From Coleofasciculus chthonoplastes F2-STO-03 (GTDB lineage Bacteria; Cyanobacteriota; Cyanobacteriia; Cyanobacteriales; Coleofasciculaceae): a DNA stretch of 64,000 bases. A model generated the notes under the pieces. The model was not told where the DNA came from. It saw only the letters and a list, made by a program, of their open reading frames with translations, and did no database searches. How positions within the stretch are numbered: position 1 is the first letter of the stretch; each line of letters begins with the position of its first letter. Made by a program: the position numbers and the translations under genes. The stretch is taken from contig JAVJWO010000071.1 in NCBI GenBank assembly GCA_040222015.1, positions 14,497 through 78,496 of the forward strand, in the 5' to 3' direction. Below are positions 52,212 through 62,335 of this stretch, in pieces.

Positions 52212-53123
52212 TCACTTAGAAGCCACAATATCAGCTAACGCAGGTTTGACATTGGCATAGTCATAGTTAAAACCACTGCTAGTTGTGCGCTGAGGTAACA
52301 CCTTTTGACCTTCTAAAACAACCTTAGCTCCCTCTCCCAGTAACGCTTCTAGGGCAATGCTGGGAACGGGTAACCAGGAGGGACGATTCATCACATCTCC
52401 CAACGTCTGACAAAATTCCGACATCTGCACTGGGTTGGGTGCTGTTCCATTAAACACCCCTTCCATGTCATTGCGGGTGAGTGCATTGATAATCAAGTTC
52501 ACCAAATCCTCTCGGTGAATCCACGAGAACCACTGACGCCCACTACCAATTGGACCTCCAGCAAATAGTTGAAATGGAGGTAACATTTTCGCTAGTGCGC
52601 CACCATCTCCTAAAACAATGCCAAACCGGAGGATAACCAACCGCACTCCAGCCTCTTTCACCTTTTGGGCTTCCGCTTCCCAAGCCTGACAGACTTGGGC
52701 GAGGAAATCATCTCCGGGGGGACTGGTTTCGTCAAATGTTGCTGTTTCGCTAGTCCCGTAATAGCCAATAGCCGACGTATTCACTAAGATGCTGGGTTTG
52801 GATTGCGCTTGGCTGATTGCTTCAACAATTCGCCTTGTTCCCAGTTGGCGGCTATCGAGAATTGCTTTTTTCCGTTCTGATGTCCAACGATGCTCACCGA
52901 TGGGTTCCCCAGCCAAATTTACCACCCCATCACACCCTGCGATCGCGTCTTGCCAAGCTCCCGATTCGGTGGGAGTATAGCCGATAATCTCTAAGTCAGG
53001 AAACAGCCGAGTAGCTTTGGCTCGGTTTCGGGTTAAAATCATCGGTTGATGCTCTAACTCAAGCAGACGCTTGACTAAGCGAGAACCAATAAATCCGGTT
53101 GCTCCAGTAATAGCAATTTTCAC
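52212..53123 (-). CDS. TIGR01777-family NAD(P)-dependent epimerase (ThyD-like)
   Basis: [36 protein letters not shown] start at 53123. Confidence 0.9.
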   Translation of the reverse strand: MKIAITGATGFIGSRLVKRLLELEHQPMILTRNRAKATRLFPDLEIIGYTPTESGAWQDAIAGCDGVVNLAGEPIGEHRWTSERKKAILDSRQLGTRRIVEAISQAQSKPSILVNTSAIGYYGTSETATFDETSPPGDDFLAQVCQAWEAEAQKVKEAGVRLVILRFGIVLGDGGALAKMLPPFQLFAGGPIGSGRQWFSWIHREDLVNLIINALTRNDMEGVFNGTAPNPVQMSEFCQTLGDVMNRPSWLPVPSIALEALLGEGAKVVLEGQKVLPQRTTSSGFNYDYANVKPALADIVASK

Positions 53124-53130
53124 GATTGAG

Positions 53131-53520
53131 TTACTCTTCTCCCTGTGCTTGTTTAGTATCACCGTAAGCCATACCGTTGGCTTCGGCATAGCGGTGCATA
53201 AAGCGCATGAACCGATCCCAGTGATCTTGGTGCTCGATTTCAAATTCGCAGTCTACCCGCCTTAAATCATCGCCTTCTGAACCACTGAAGATAAATTTAA
53301 CCGATGATGGTTCAACGCTAATCTGCCCTTCTTCATCAATTAAGAGCAAGGCATTGGCGAATCGTTTGGTATAACTCTGGAATTTTTCTATCGCTTTTAA
53401 GGAATCGAAACTCATTAATACTGAACGCACGCCCGAACTCCGATTTCGCCGCAAGCTAACATTGCTCAGTTCTTCAGGAAGTCCTTCAAAAAATTGAATT
53501 GATGGTGTTTGGGAAGTCAT
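53131..53520 (-). CDS. psb28: Photosystem II assembly factor Psb28 (Psb28-2 type)
   Basis: [36 protein letters not shown]. Confidence 0.92.
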   Translation of the reverse strand: MTSQTPSIQFFEGLPEELSNVSLRRNRSSGVRSVLMSFDSLKAIEKFQSYTKRFANALLLIDEEGQISVEPSSVKFIFSGSEGDDLRRVDCEFEIEHQDHWDRFMRFMHRYAEANGMAYGDTKQAQGEE

Positions 53521-53582
53521 TTTTAAATGGGGAATACTATATTGTTCAGTATAGTTCCTAATTTCACGGAAAAATACGGAAA

Positions 53583-54851
53583 TTAGTTTGTAAGAGTAAT
53601 CTTAACTGGGTGAACTACTACACCCTCTATCCCATTGCAGAAAGCATCTGGGACTGCTTTGCGGATAATGTTGTAACTTCCATTTGTGTCGGCGTTAAAC
53701 TTAACGCCGTTTTTTGATTTGTACAACCCGCGCTTAAGGCGACGACCGCTAAACTTTGCGGTTTTGGCTTCTGCTGTTCCGTAAACAGGAAGAGGATCTC
53801 CGTCTAAGAAACTGGCAAGCGAAGTGTAGGATTCTTCGGTGATGACAACCTTAATGCCAACCAACTGAGCCTTGTAAGTCAACATCTCAATGAATCTAGA
53901 ATGAGGAACGCTAGTGAAGTTTTGATTATTGGCTTTACCCATATTGAGTTCCTGCTTCCAGTTCTCATTTTTTCCGATTACAAGAGTTGAGATATTCTTC
54001 TCAACTAATCGATCAATAATGAAACGGCTGGACTTATGGAGATAGTCATCTATCTTGAATCCTCGCTTAGTTGACAAGCGCTGAATCCTGTTAGATGTTT
54101 TCCTGTTTTCCTTGAGACGAGACTGAAGCTCAGCTTTCTTTTTGTTATAGAAATTATTAACGGCTTTAACGGGTCTGCCATTAATCAGGAAAGGTTTAAA
54201 GCCTTTTTGATTTGAAGTTACAGCCGCTAAGTTGTTAAGACCAATATCTACACCTGCTACGGCTTCACCGTCTACCAGTTGTTCAACGGATTGTTCATAA
54301 ATTATCTCAACCACGTAGTAGTTAAGACGGGGAACAATTCTCACCTCATTGATATTTTGCTGATTACAAGAAATCATCAGGTTTGTTCCCGATGGTTTCA
54401 CCCATCCCTTCTTCAGCTCTTTGGAGCTAATAGCCTGGATGGTGTAAACCAAGAGATTGCGCCCCTTCTCCTTGTCTTTATATTTAGGGAGTCTAGGCTT
54501 TCCCAGGAACTTGGAAGGGTTTTTCTTGTAAGCTTTATCCGCCTCTTTCCACGCCTTCCAATTTCTATCTAAACAACGAAGAACTTGCTGAGAGACTTTG
54601 CGGGGCAATTCGCAATACGATTCTTCTGCCTGCATCCGAGACGCCATTTCGTTGTAACAGAGAACTTGATTGGTTTCAAAGAAGTGTTGACGAATTTCGT
54701 AATTAGCTCGGTTGTAGAGATTTTTAGACTTAAATGCCAAGCTATCAATCTCTTTCCATTCCCAGCTTCCTTTCCGAATTACATGCTTTTCAACACCTCG
54801 GCTTCGCTCGGTGTTGACCCTGAGCGAAGTCGAAGGGTCAACAAGTCTCAT
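53583..54851 (-). CDS. tnpB: TnpB RNA-guided nuclease with a 16-aa in-frame insertion near the N-terminus
   Basis: GVDIGLNN, TEESYTS, NADTNGSYNI; start MRLV..EKHVI at 54851 preceded by GGAG. Confidence 0.9.
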   Translation of the reverse strand: MRLVDPSTSLRVNTERSRGVEKHVIRKGSWEWKEIDSLAFKSKNLYNRANYEIRQHFFETNQVLCYNEMASRMQAEESYCELPRKVSQQVLRCLDRNWKAWKEADKAYKKNPSKFLGKPRLPKYKDKEKGRNLLVYTIQAISSKELKKGWVKPSGTNLMISCNQQNINEVRIVPRLNYYVVEIIYEQSVEQLVDGEAVAGVDIGLNNLAAVTSNQKGFKPFLINGRPVKAVNNFYNKKKAELQSRLKENRKTSNRIQRLSTKRGFKIDDYLHKSSRFIIDRLVEKNISTLVIGKNENWKQELNMGKANNQNFTSVPHSRFIEMLTYKAQLVGIKVVITEESYTSLASFLDGDPLPVYGTAEAKTAKFSGRRLKRGLYKSKNGVKFNADTNGSYNIIRKAVPDAFCNGIEGVVVHPVKITLTN

Positions 54852-54997
54852 TGTCTCCATTTGACTGAAGCTCACTAATGAGTTTTGACCTCTTGCGCTT
54901 TGCTCTTCTCATTCCATACAGCCTTGCACAAAATGATGTAATGACACTCGCTCTCATCTGTTATCAAGTCTTCTTTGTCGTCAGGAACACTATCTAT
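54838..54997 (-). pseudogene. tnpA: Frameshifted, 5'-deleted IS607 TnpA remnant
   Basis: DDKEDLITD then, in a shifted frame, SVITSFCARLYGMRRAKRKRSKLISEL. Confidence 0.75.
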
Positions 54998-55060
54998 GTG
55001 TAGATTACCGCATATTGCCGCTATTTTCCGTATTCTTAATGAATGTAAACAATACTCCAA

Positions 55061-55095
55061 CAGATCCCCGACTTCTTCAAGAAGTCGGGGATCTG
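55061..55095. repeat. Perfect palindromic REP-like hairpin downstream of secA
   Basis: CAGATCCCCGACTTCTT-C-AAGAAGTCGGGGATCTG. Confidence 0.8.
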
Positions 55096-55138
55096 ATTAA
55101 CACCGACTGACCAAGGACAAAGAAGAAATGACAACGAA

Positions 55139-57937
55139 TTAAACGGCTTGCGGTTGCACTTGCGGCTGGAATTGGAACAGTGAGTACACCACATTACGAC
55201 GAATGTCAATCATCATTTCCAAGAAGGTTTCATATCCTTCTTGCTTATACTCAATCAGTGGGTCTTTCTGCCCATAACCGCGTAACCCGACCGACTCACG
55301 CAACGCATCCATTGATTGCAAATGCTCCCGCCACAGGGTATCAATCTGCTGCAAGATGAAGAACCGTTCTGCTTGTCGCATCAATCCCGGTTGAATTTGA
55401 TCGATTTGGGCTTCTTTAATGTCATAAGCTTTACGGACTTCTTCATGTAAGAAGGTTTTAATCTCCGTCACTGTCATATCATCGAGATGTTCGGGCTTGA
55501 GATCTTGCAGTAAATAGACAAACTCTTGCACTTTGGACACCAAGCTAGCTATATCCCATTCCTCTGGTGGCAAATCCGGGTTGACATACGCCTCAACAAT
55601 ATCATCCATCGTCTTCTCCGCATATTGGATGACTTGTTCTTTAAGATCTAATCCTTCTAACACCCGACGACGTTCAGCATAAATTGCCCGCCGTTGATTA
55701 TTCATCACCTCGTCATATTCAAATACCTGTTTCCGGGTGTCATAGTAGAAAGTTTCCACTTTTTTCTGCGCCCCCTCTAAGGAACGAGTCAGCATTCCCG
55801 ATTCAATGGGCATATCTTCCTCTACCCGGAACGCATTCATCATCCCCGCCACGCGATCGCCCCCGAAGATTCGCAGCAAGTTATCCTCTAAGCTGAGGAA
55901 AAACTTCGTCGAACCCGGGTCACCTTGGCGTCCTGCCCGTCCCCGGAGTTGGTTATCAATCCGGCGAGATTCGTGGCGTTCGGTACCAATGACGTGCAAT
56001 CCGCCGATAGGCTCGGTGTAGATTACCTCATCATGTTCTTTATGAGTAAAGGCTTCATATTCCTTTCGCACCGCCCGACAAACCTCCCGCAGCTTTTGAA
56101 TCACTGGGTCATCCGTCGGGGCATTTTCCGCCGCGATCGCTATTTTTTCTTCGGCTTCTAATTCCGCTAGACTACGTTCCCCATACTGCTGCACCGCAAA
56201 CTTCACCGCCTCAATCAACTTTTGCTCTGTTTCCTCAGACAACTGGGTCGGGTAAATCTGCGGACTTACCTTCCAAGTTTTCACCTTTTTCCCTGGTGCA
56301 AACCCTTGGGCTTGGGAGCGTTGCCCACCCCCTCCTGCCATAGCCGCAAAGGAATCTTCTTCTTCGGGGATGACAATCTGAGGCATGAAATATTCCCGCA
56401 CTTTCAGCCGCGACATATAGTCAGCGTTGCCCCCCAAGATAATATCAGTCCCCCGTCCTGCCATGTTGGTGGCAATTGTCACCGCCCCTTTGCGCCCCGC
56501 TTGTGCCACAATTTCGGATTCCCGTTCCACGTTCTCGGGTCGGGCATTGAGCAGATTATGGGGAACGTCCAATTGGCTTAACAAACGCGAAAGCACTTCT
56601 GATTTTTCCACACTGGTTGTACCCACCAATACTGGGCGTCCTTGCTCATGCATGTCCGCACATTCTCGTGCCACCGCTTTCCATTTGGCTTCCTCAGTTT
56701 TATACACTACATCCGACATATCCCGACGTCCGGGGGGCTTATTGGTGGGGATAATCGTGACTTGTAGGTTATAGATTTTTTCAAATTCGGCTTCTTCTGT
56801 TTTGGCGGTTCCGGTCATCCCGGCTAGCTTGGGATAAAGCAAAAAGAAATTTTGATAAGTAATTGTCGCTAGGGTTTGGGTTTCTTTTTGAATCTCGACA
56901 CCTTCTTTTGCCTCAATCGCCTGGTGCAGTCCATCACTCCAACGCCGTCCCTGTAAAACCCGTCCGGTAAACTCATCGACGATGACCACTTCGTCATTAC
57001 GCACGATATAGTTTACGTCATTGGTAAACAGTTCCTTTGCCTTAATCGCGTTGAAGATATAGTGCGCCCAAGGATTTTCCGGGTCATACAAATCCTCAAC
57101 TTCTAGGAGTTGCTCCGCCTCGATAAAGCCTTCATCGGTAAGAATCACATTACGGGCTTTTTCATCCACCTCATAATGCTCTTCCGGCTGCAGCATTTTC
57201 GCGATTTGAGCCGCTTTCATATAGTTCTGGGTGGGACGTTCCACTTGTCCGGAAATAATCAGCGGGGTGCGGGCTTCGTCAATGAGTACCGAGTCTACTT
57301 CGTCAATGATGCAGTAATTGAAGGGACGCTGCACCACCTCATTCATTGAGGTTGCCATATTATCCCGCAGGTAGTCAAAGCCCAACTCGCTGTTTGTGGC
57401 GTAGGTGATATCACAGGCATAGTTGCGCTGTCGTTCCGCAGGACCCATACCCGACTGAATCAGTCCCACCGTTAATCCTAAGAAGCGGTGTACCTGTCCC
57501 ATCCATTCCGCGTCCCGGCGTGCCAGGTAATCGTTGACGGTAACGATATGTACCCCTTTGCCACTTAGAGCATTGAGATAAGCTGGGAGGGTGGATACCA
57601 GGGTTTTCCCTTCACCCGTTTTCATCTCCGCGATTTCTCCCCGGTGCAGCACAACACCACCTAATAGCTGCACATCAAAATGGCGCATTCCCAGAACCCG
57701 CCGTGCAGCTTCCCGCACGACGGCAAAGCCTTCGGGTAGGAGATCCTCTAACAGTTCTTCTCGCTCGCGATCGGTTGTCGCCCCTTCAAGCTGCTGCTTG
57801 AATTCTGTGGTTTTCCCTTGGAGTTGTTCATCGGAGAGCGATCGGATATCTTCTTCCAGAACGTTGATATCAGCAACGAATGGTTGGTATCGTTTAAGTT
57901 TGCGGGTATTTGGATCGCCAAGTAAGTTTTTTAACAT
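55139..57937 (-). CDS. secA: Preprotein translocase ATPase SecA
   Basis: [44 protein letters not shown]. Confidence 0.98.
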   Translation of the reverse strand: MLKNLLGDPNTRKLKRYQPFVADINVLEEDIRSLSDEQLQGKTTEFKQQLEGATTDREREELLEDLLPEGFAVVREAARRVLGMRHFDVQLLGGVVLHRGEIAEMKTGEGKTLVSTLPAYLNALSGKGVHIVTVNDYLARRDAEWMGQVHRFLGLTVGLIQSGMGPAERQRNYACDITYATNSELGFDYLRDNMATSMNEVVQRPFNYCIIDEVDSVLIDEARTPLIISGQVERPTQNYMKAAQIAKMLQPEEHYEVDEKARNVILTDEGFIEAEQLLEVEDLYDPENPWAHYIFNAIKAKELFTNDVNYIVRNDEVVIVDEFTGRVLQGRRWSDGLHQAIEAKEGVEIQKETQTLATITYQNFFLLYPKLAGMTGTAKTEEAEFEKIYNLQVTIIPTNKPPGRRDMSDVVYKTEEAKWKAVARECADMHEQGRPVLVGTTSVEKSEVLSRLLSQLDVPHNLLNARPENVERESEIVAQAGRKGAVTIATNMAGRGTDIILGGNADYMSRLKVREYFMPQIVIPEEEDSFAAMAGGGGQRSQAQGFAPGKKVKTWKVSPQIYPTQLSEETEQKLIEAVKFAVQQYGERSLAELEAEEKIAIAAENAPTDDPVIQKLREVCRAVRKEYEAFTHKEHDEVIYTEPIGGLHVIGTERHESRRIDNQLRGRAGRQGDPGSTKFFLSLEDNLLRIFGGDRVAGMMNAFRVEEDMPIESGMLTRSLEGAQKKVETFYYDTRKQVFEYDEVMNNQRRAIYAERRRVLEGLDLKEQVIQYAEKTMDDIVEAYVNPDLPPEEWDIASLVSKVQEFVYLLQDLKPEHLDDMTVTEIKTFLHEEVRKAYDIKEAQIDQIQPGLMRQAERFFILQQIDTLWREHLQSMDALRESVGLRGYGQKDPLIEYKQEGYETFLEMMIDIRRNVVYSLFQFQPQVQPQAV

Positions 57938-58275
57938 AGCAGGAGAGGGATACGTCTAATCGCGCTTTGTCTAGGGTTAAGGTTAGACACTCAAGACTAA
58001 GAGCATGAATAGGGGAGTCAGCGTTCACAGGCAATCTTGCACGAGTCCCAGGCACGAGTCCCAGTGGCTAACGGCTAACCCATGATCAACCACCGTTGAG
58101 GGCGGCATTTTTATGATCATCCTACCATTTTTGCTCAGATTGAGGGGCGCTTCGTCCTTTGTCCTTTGTCATTCGTCATTCGTCATACTCGCTGCCCGAA
58201 AAGAAGCAAGCTACTTCATTTGTAATGGTTTGAGGCATATTCACAGAACTTAAAGTTCAGTTTATTTTCACCAAT

Positions 58276-59211
58276 CTACTGGCGATCCTCCAACCAACTG
58301 GCTAAATCGGGTAAACTTTGAAAATCGAAAATTTCCTCAGTTAACCGTTCCAAATCACTCAACGGTAATTCTTCAATTTTGCGGCTGATTGCCAACGGAA
58401 TTTCGCCAAAACGCTTCAGTATTAGACGCCCTACTAAAGTTTTGGTCTGTTGTAGTCGCCCTTCTTCTTTCCCTTCTTCTTTCCCTTTTTCTTTCCCTTT
58501 TTCTTCAGCATAAGCCAGCCGTCCTTTTTCATCTTGCAACATCATGCCTCGCCGATCAACCACATCCAACTCTTCTACCGTCATTGTGGCTTGATTGGCA
58601 AGGTTTAAAGCAAGTTCTATCTCTGAAACTTCCCCTAAATTATCAGGGACACTCTCCAAACTCGCTGCTTCTTTCAGGAAATAAATCCATTTATCGGTTA
58701 AACTCTGTAGTTCAGACAAGGTTTTATTGAATTTGGGAAGTTCGACAAAGATTAGCTGCAATTCACTATCTAGAAGTTCAAATTTTTGGGTTTTCTCTTG
58801 AAAGACAAATTGATTAATTACCTGATCTGTGTTGGCAAACAAGATAAAATCAGTAATTGTTACAGCAATTGCTGGATTTAGAAAAGGATAATCATCGCCT
58901 GTTTTCAATTGGTTACTATAGGCTTTTGCCAAGTTATAAGCTACCCGCTTGTTAAAGGCAGTCATCGGTGCTATTTGCATTTCAATGACCACAATCGACC
59001 CATCCGCTAAAACAGCTTTGACATCTAAATAAGTTTCTTTTAAGGTCATCACCTGACCCGGATTATAGGGATTAACAATTGTTAGGGATTGAATGATTTT
59101 TTCTTCGTTATAAATTATTGCATTGAGAAAACTGATTAAAATCTCTTGGCTTTGTTCGGAACCAAAGATTTTTTTAAAGGCATAATCGACCTTGGGACTA
59201 ATAAACCTCAT
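58276..59211 (-). CDS. Rpn-family PD-(D/E)xK nuclease with DUF4351-like tail
   Basis: DYAFKKIFG, LDVKA..IEMQ, FVELPKF, EGKEEG repeats, KRFGEI. Confidence 0.88.
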   Translation of the reverse strand: MRFISPKVDYAFKKIFGSEQSQEILISFLNAIIYNEEKIIQSLTIVNPYNPGQVMTLKETYLDVKAVLADGSIVVIEMQIAPMTAFNKRVAYNLAKAYSNQLKTGDDYPFLNPAIAVTITDFILFANTDQVINQFVFQEKTQKFELLDSELQLIFVELPKFNKTLSELQSLTDKWIYFLKEAASLESVPDNLGEVSEIELALNLANQATMTVEELDVVDRRGMMLQDEKGRLAYAEEKGKEKGKEEGKEEGRLQQTKTLVGRLILKRFGEIPLAISRKIEELPLSDLERLTEEIFDFQSLPDLASWLEDRQ

Positions 59212-59320
59212 TTTAGGTCTCCCGTTTCAGTATAAATAGATGGAATAGAGTACGATTCTAGCACAGCGATCGCACTGTCTTCCATTTCCTAAAAAGTGAT
59301 GATTTTATTAAGCTGAAACG

Positions 59321-59812
59321 TCAAACAATTTCTAGTTCTAAATTGTGACTTTTCAGGAAATTATGCGTAAAGTGATCAACCTCATTCGTGTCACTCAATT
59401 CTAAGTTGTAGAAATCGACAAAATCATGTTCAAAATAGGGACCTGCGTGCCAAGTTCCTAGTTCTAACTTAATGAAGCAATTTCCCGGAATCCGAAAAAC
59501 TTTAATTTGATCAATGGCGGGTTGTTCACGTTCACAAGCAGGTGCAACCGCCATCCACCAGTCTTTCCCTTCTAGAGAACCCAAACATTGGGTACAGTGC
59601 TGATGGCGCGTGATTGTGTGAAATTTGCGACCTCTGTGATATAAGCGCATGATGTAAAAGCGGGGAGTACCGTTGTGCAGAACTAATTGTGCATCTGTTG
59701 CATCATAGGGTTTATCATCGGCTGTCGGCGTGATTAATTGACCGAAGGGTTGAAAGTGTTCGGCGCTAATTTCTTCTACTGAAAGCTGTTTCACTGAAAT
59801 GGTGTGATTCAT
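59321..59812 (-). CDS. Ureidoglycolate lyase-like cupin
   Basis: FQPFGQ, ITRHQHCTQCLGS, GTWHAGP. Confidence 0.8.
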   Translation of the reverse strand: MNHTISVKQLSVEEISAEHFQPFGQLITPTADDKPYDATDAQLVLHNGTPRFYIMRLYHRGRKFHTITRHQHCTQCLGSLEGKDWWMAVAPACEREQPAIDQIKVFRIPGNCFIKLELGTWHAGPYFEHDFVDFYNLELSDTNEVDHFTHNFLKSHNLELEIV

Positions 59813-59844
59813 GACAGATATCCATTGCAACACAAAGCTTACTG

Positions 59845-60480
59845 CTATTTTGTCCCAAACAGGCGATCGCCTGCATCCCCAAGTCCGGGCAAAATATAAC
59901 CATGCTCGTCTAAGCTTTCATCAATCGCGGCGGTATACAAAGGGACTTCCGGATGATGATCATGGAAATTCGCGATTCCCTCTGGTGCAGCTAGCAAGCA
60001 CAAAAATTTAATGGACAAGGGGATAAAATCCTTCACCCGATCCACGGCGGCTACGGCTGTATTCCCTGTAGCCACCATGGGATCAACAACCAAGATGTCT
60101 CGGTGTTCAATATCATGAGGCAGTTTGCAATAATATTCAATCGGAATCCGAGTCGTTGGATCGCGATACAAGCCAATATGCCCCAAGCGGGCGGAAGGGA
60201 TCAGTTCTAAGATACCATCAACCAGCCCTTGCCCTGCCCGCATAATCGAAACAATCACCATTTTCTTATCTGAAGCCAGCATGGGAGCGTGCATGGGAGC
60301 CAGGGGTGTTTTAATCGCTGCGTATTTAAGGGGTAAGTCCCGCGTTACCTCGTAAGCCAGCAAGCCGCCAACTTCTTTCATCAGTTGACGAAATTTAGCC
60401 GTACTGGTATCTGCCTGACGCATAAGGGTTAGCTTGTGCTGTACGAATGGGTGATCGATTACTGTAACTTGAGGGCTCAT
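59845..60480 (-). CDS. upp: Uracil phosphoribosyltransferase
   Basis: [29 protein letters not shown]. Confidence 0.96.
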   Translation of the reverse strand: MSPQVTVIDHPFVQHKLTLMRQADTSTAKFRQLMKEVGGLLAYEVTRDLPLKYAAIKTPLAPMHAPMLASDKKMVIVSIMRAGQGLVDGILELIPSARLGHIGLYRDPTTRIPIEYYCKLPHDIEHRDILVVDPMVATGNTAVAAVDRVKDFIPLSIKFLCLLAAPEGIANFHDHHPEVPLYTAAIDESLDEHGYILPGLGDAGDRLFGTK

Positions 60481-60779
60481 CTGTTAATAGTAGACAGCTT
60501 TTTATCTGTATAAAAGTTAATCTTCCTGAGAGTATACCACTCCTGTTGCCGAATCACAGCAAAGAAAGGAATATAACGTAAAATACATTTGCAAAATGGA
60601 TTTAATTGATTTTTGCAAATGCCAAAATAAAAACAATATAACCGTGATAATATTAGCCTTTTTGAGAATAGCAAATTTAAGGGAAAACGTCATAGTTGGT
60701 GGGGAATGGACTAAGTGGTCGGACAAAAGAAAACAGCACGCCCACGCTTGTGCAAGTAAACAAGCCTCAAACCCTTACC

Positions 60780-60820
60780 AATGACAAATGACGAATGACG
60801 AATGACGAATGACGAATGAC
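60780..60820 (+). repeat. STRR heptamer (AATGACG)n
   Basis: About 6 tandem units. Confidence 0.85.
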
Positions 60821-60879
60821 TAAATAAAGATTTGCAAACAAAACTTGACTCAAGCGAGTTGATCAGTGAAACTACAGAT

Positions 60880-61030
60880 AAGAGCGTAATACACTGTAAA
60901 CAAGCGTCTTACGTTAGTTGTGGTTAATTCCAAACAAAGGCTGATTTATCCATAATTAGCCGGAAGCTGGGATGGAACAGCACGTCTTGCCCAGAAATAC
61001 TGTCCCCATCCAGGCAACCCGCGAGATTGG
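60880..61030 (+). ncRNA. Putative small RNA (PsrR1-like candidate, unverified)
   Basis: TTGACT at 60845, HLR1-like repeat at 60883-60901, long imperfect hairpin at 60966-61015, no convincing ORF. Confidence 0.35.
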
Positions 61031-61063
61031 TTGATTGAGCCTATTGATAAAGGATAACCTCTG

Positions 61064-61996
61064 CTATACCGTTTGCACCTCCTCAATCATTTCTAGTGTG
61101 TCTCCCTTTTGGTGTCCGGTATGGTAAGCAGCAAGGAGAATTTGGCTGGTTTTTCCGCAGGCGATCGCACCCCTAGCGTCAATCGCGATCGCACCTAAAT
61201 CCCGCCGATTCTCCTTTGCTTCTTTTATGGAACGTTCCATAGCATCGGCTAAGGATAAACCGTCGGTGACGCGCACCACCACCCGTGCGGCGAAGCATTC
61301 ATCAATGATATCTTCCCCAATCCCGGTACAGCTTACCCCGGCGTTTAAGTTGGCGTAATTCCCCGCAGGCATTGCCGAATCGCTGACTCGACCAATGCGT
61401 TCAAATCCCTTACCCCCGGTGGATGTACCTGCTGCCAAGCCGCCCTGACTATCTAATGCCACAACTCCAATTGTGCCACGTCCGGCTTCCGAGGAAAGGA
61501 CTTCCGGTTCGCTGACGACATCCGCCATCGTCCGTTCAAAGTTGTCCTGTCTATCCTGTAACCATTCCTGTAAGCGCTTCTCAGTCAAGGGGTTATAAAT
61601 GGGTGCATTCACTTCCCGCACCAATTCCGCCGCCCCCAAATCCGAGAGAATGCGATCGGGACAATCTTGCAAAATCTTCGCCAAATGGATGGGATTTTTA
61701 ATCCGCGAGACATTAATCACACCACTAAAGCGTTGAGGTTTACCATCCATCAGTGACGCACTCATGCGAATCTGTCCATCAGATTGTAATACCGAACCCG
61801 TTCCGGCATTGTAGCGGGGTTCATCTTCTAGGAGTTGACAGCCTCGAATCACCGCTTCACGGGCGTTTGCACCCGATGATAACAGGGCATAGACATCATC
61901 AAGTATTTTATAAAGCGAATCGCGCACTGCTTGGGTGGCGTCTTTGGTTTTCAGGGCGCTTCCGGCACCACCATGAATAATTAATTTGGGTTGCAT
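61064..61996 (-). CDS. Isoaspartyl peptidase / L-asparaginase
   Basis: IIHGGAG, NAGTGS, GTIGVVA, TSTGG, GRVSDS, CTGIGE. Confidence 0.93.
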   Translation of the reverse strand: MQPKLIIHGGAGSALKTKDATQAVRDSLYKILDDVYALLSSGANAREAVIRGCQLLEDEPRYNAGTGSVLQSDGQIRMSASLMDGKPQRFSGVINVSRIKNPIHLAKILQDCPDRILSDLGAAELVREVNAPIYNPLTEKRLQEWLQDRQDNFERTMADVVSEPEVLSSEAGRGTIGVVALDSQGGLAAGTSTGGKGFERIGRVSDSAMPAGNYANLNAGVSCTGIGEDIIDECFAARVVVRVTDGLSLADAMERSIKEAKENRRDLGAIAIDARGAIACGKTSQILLAAYHTGHQKGDTLEMIEEVQTV

Positions 61997-62335
61997 TGAA
62001 TTCACGAACTCCTTTACAGTTAATTGGCTTAATTGGCTTAGGATTTGCGTCGGCGACAGCGTTCCGAGCAGAACTTCACATTATCCCAGCATTTCGCCCA
62101 TTTTTTGCGCCAAGTGAAAGGACGTTCGCAGACGGGGCAGATTTTGGTCGGTAGATCTGACTTAGAGCGTACTCGTGCCATGTTAGGTTAAGGAGCAGTT
62201 AACCCTTCAATCCTAAAAAACGGTTAATTCTTTTGTCAAAAGTAGTAGGTGTGTAGGGGCGACCCGCCTGCATCAATTAACAACTCCACTACCTTCAATA
62301 AAATCGGGTCGCCCTCAAACTTCGATGCAAAAGAA

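Larger units (their letters stand above)
53550..55050 (-). mobile_element. IS607-family element (tnpA remnant plus tnpB); boundaries approximate
   Basis: TACGGAAAA-type repeats at both ends; tnpA C-terminal remnant upstream of tnpB. Confidence 0.7.

Noticed and set aside
54875..55060. 61-aa ORF as an accessory gene of tnpB
   Set aside because: It is a frameshifted IS607 tnpA remnant plus the element end.
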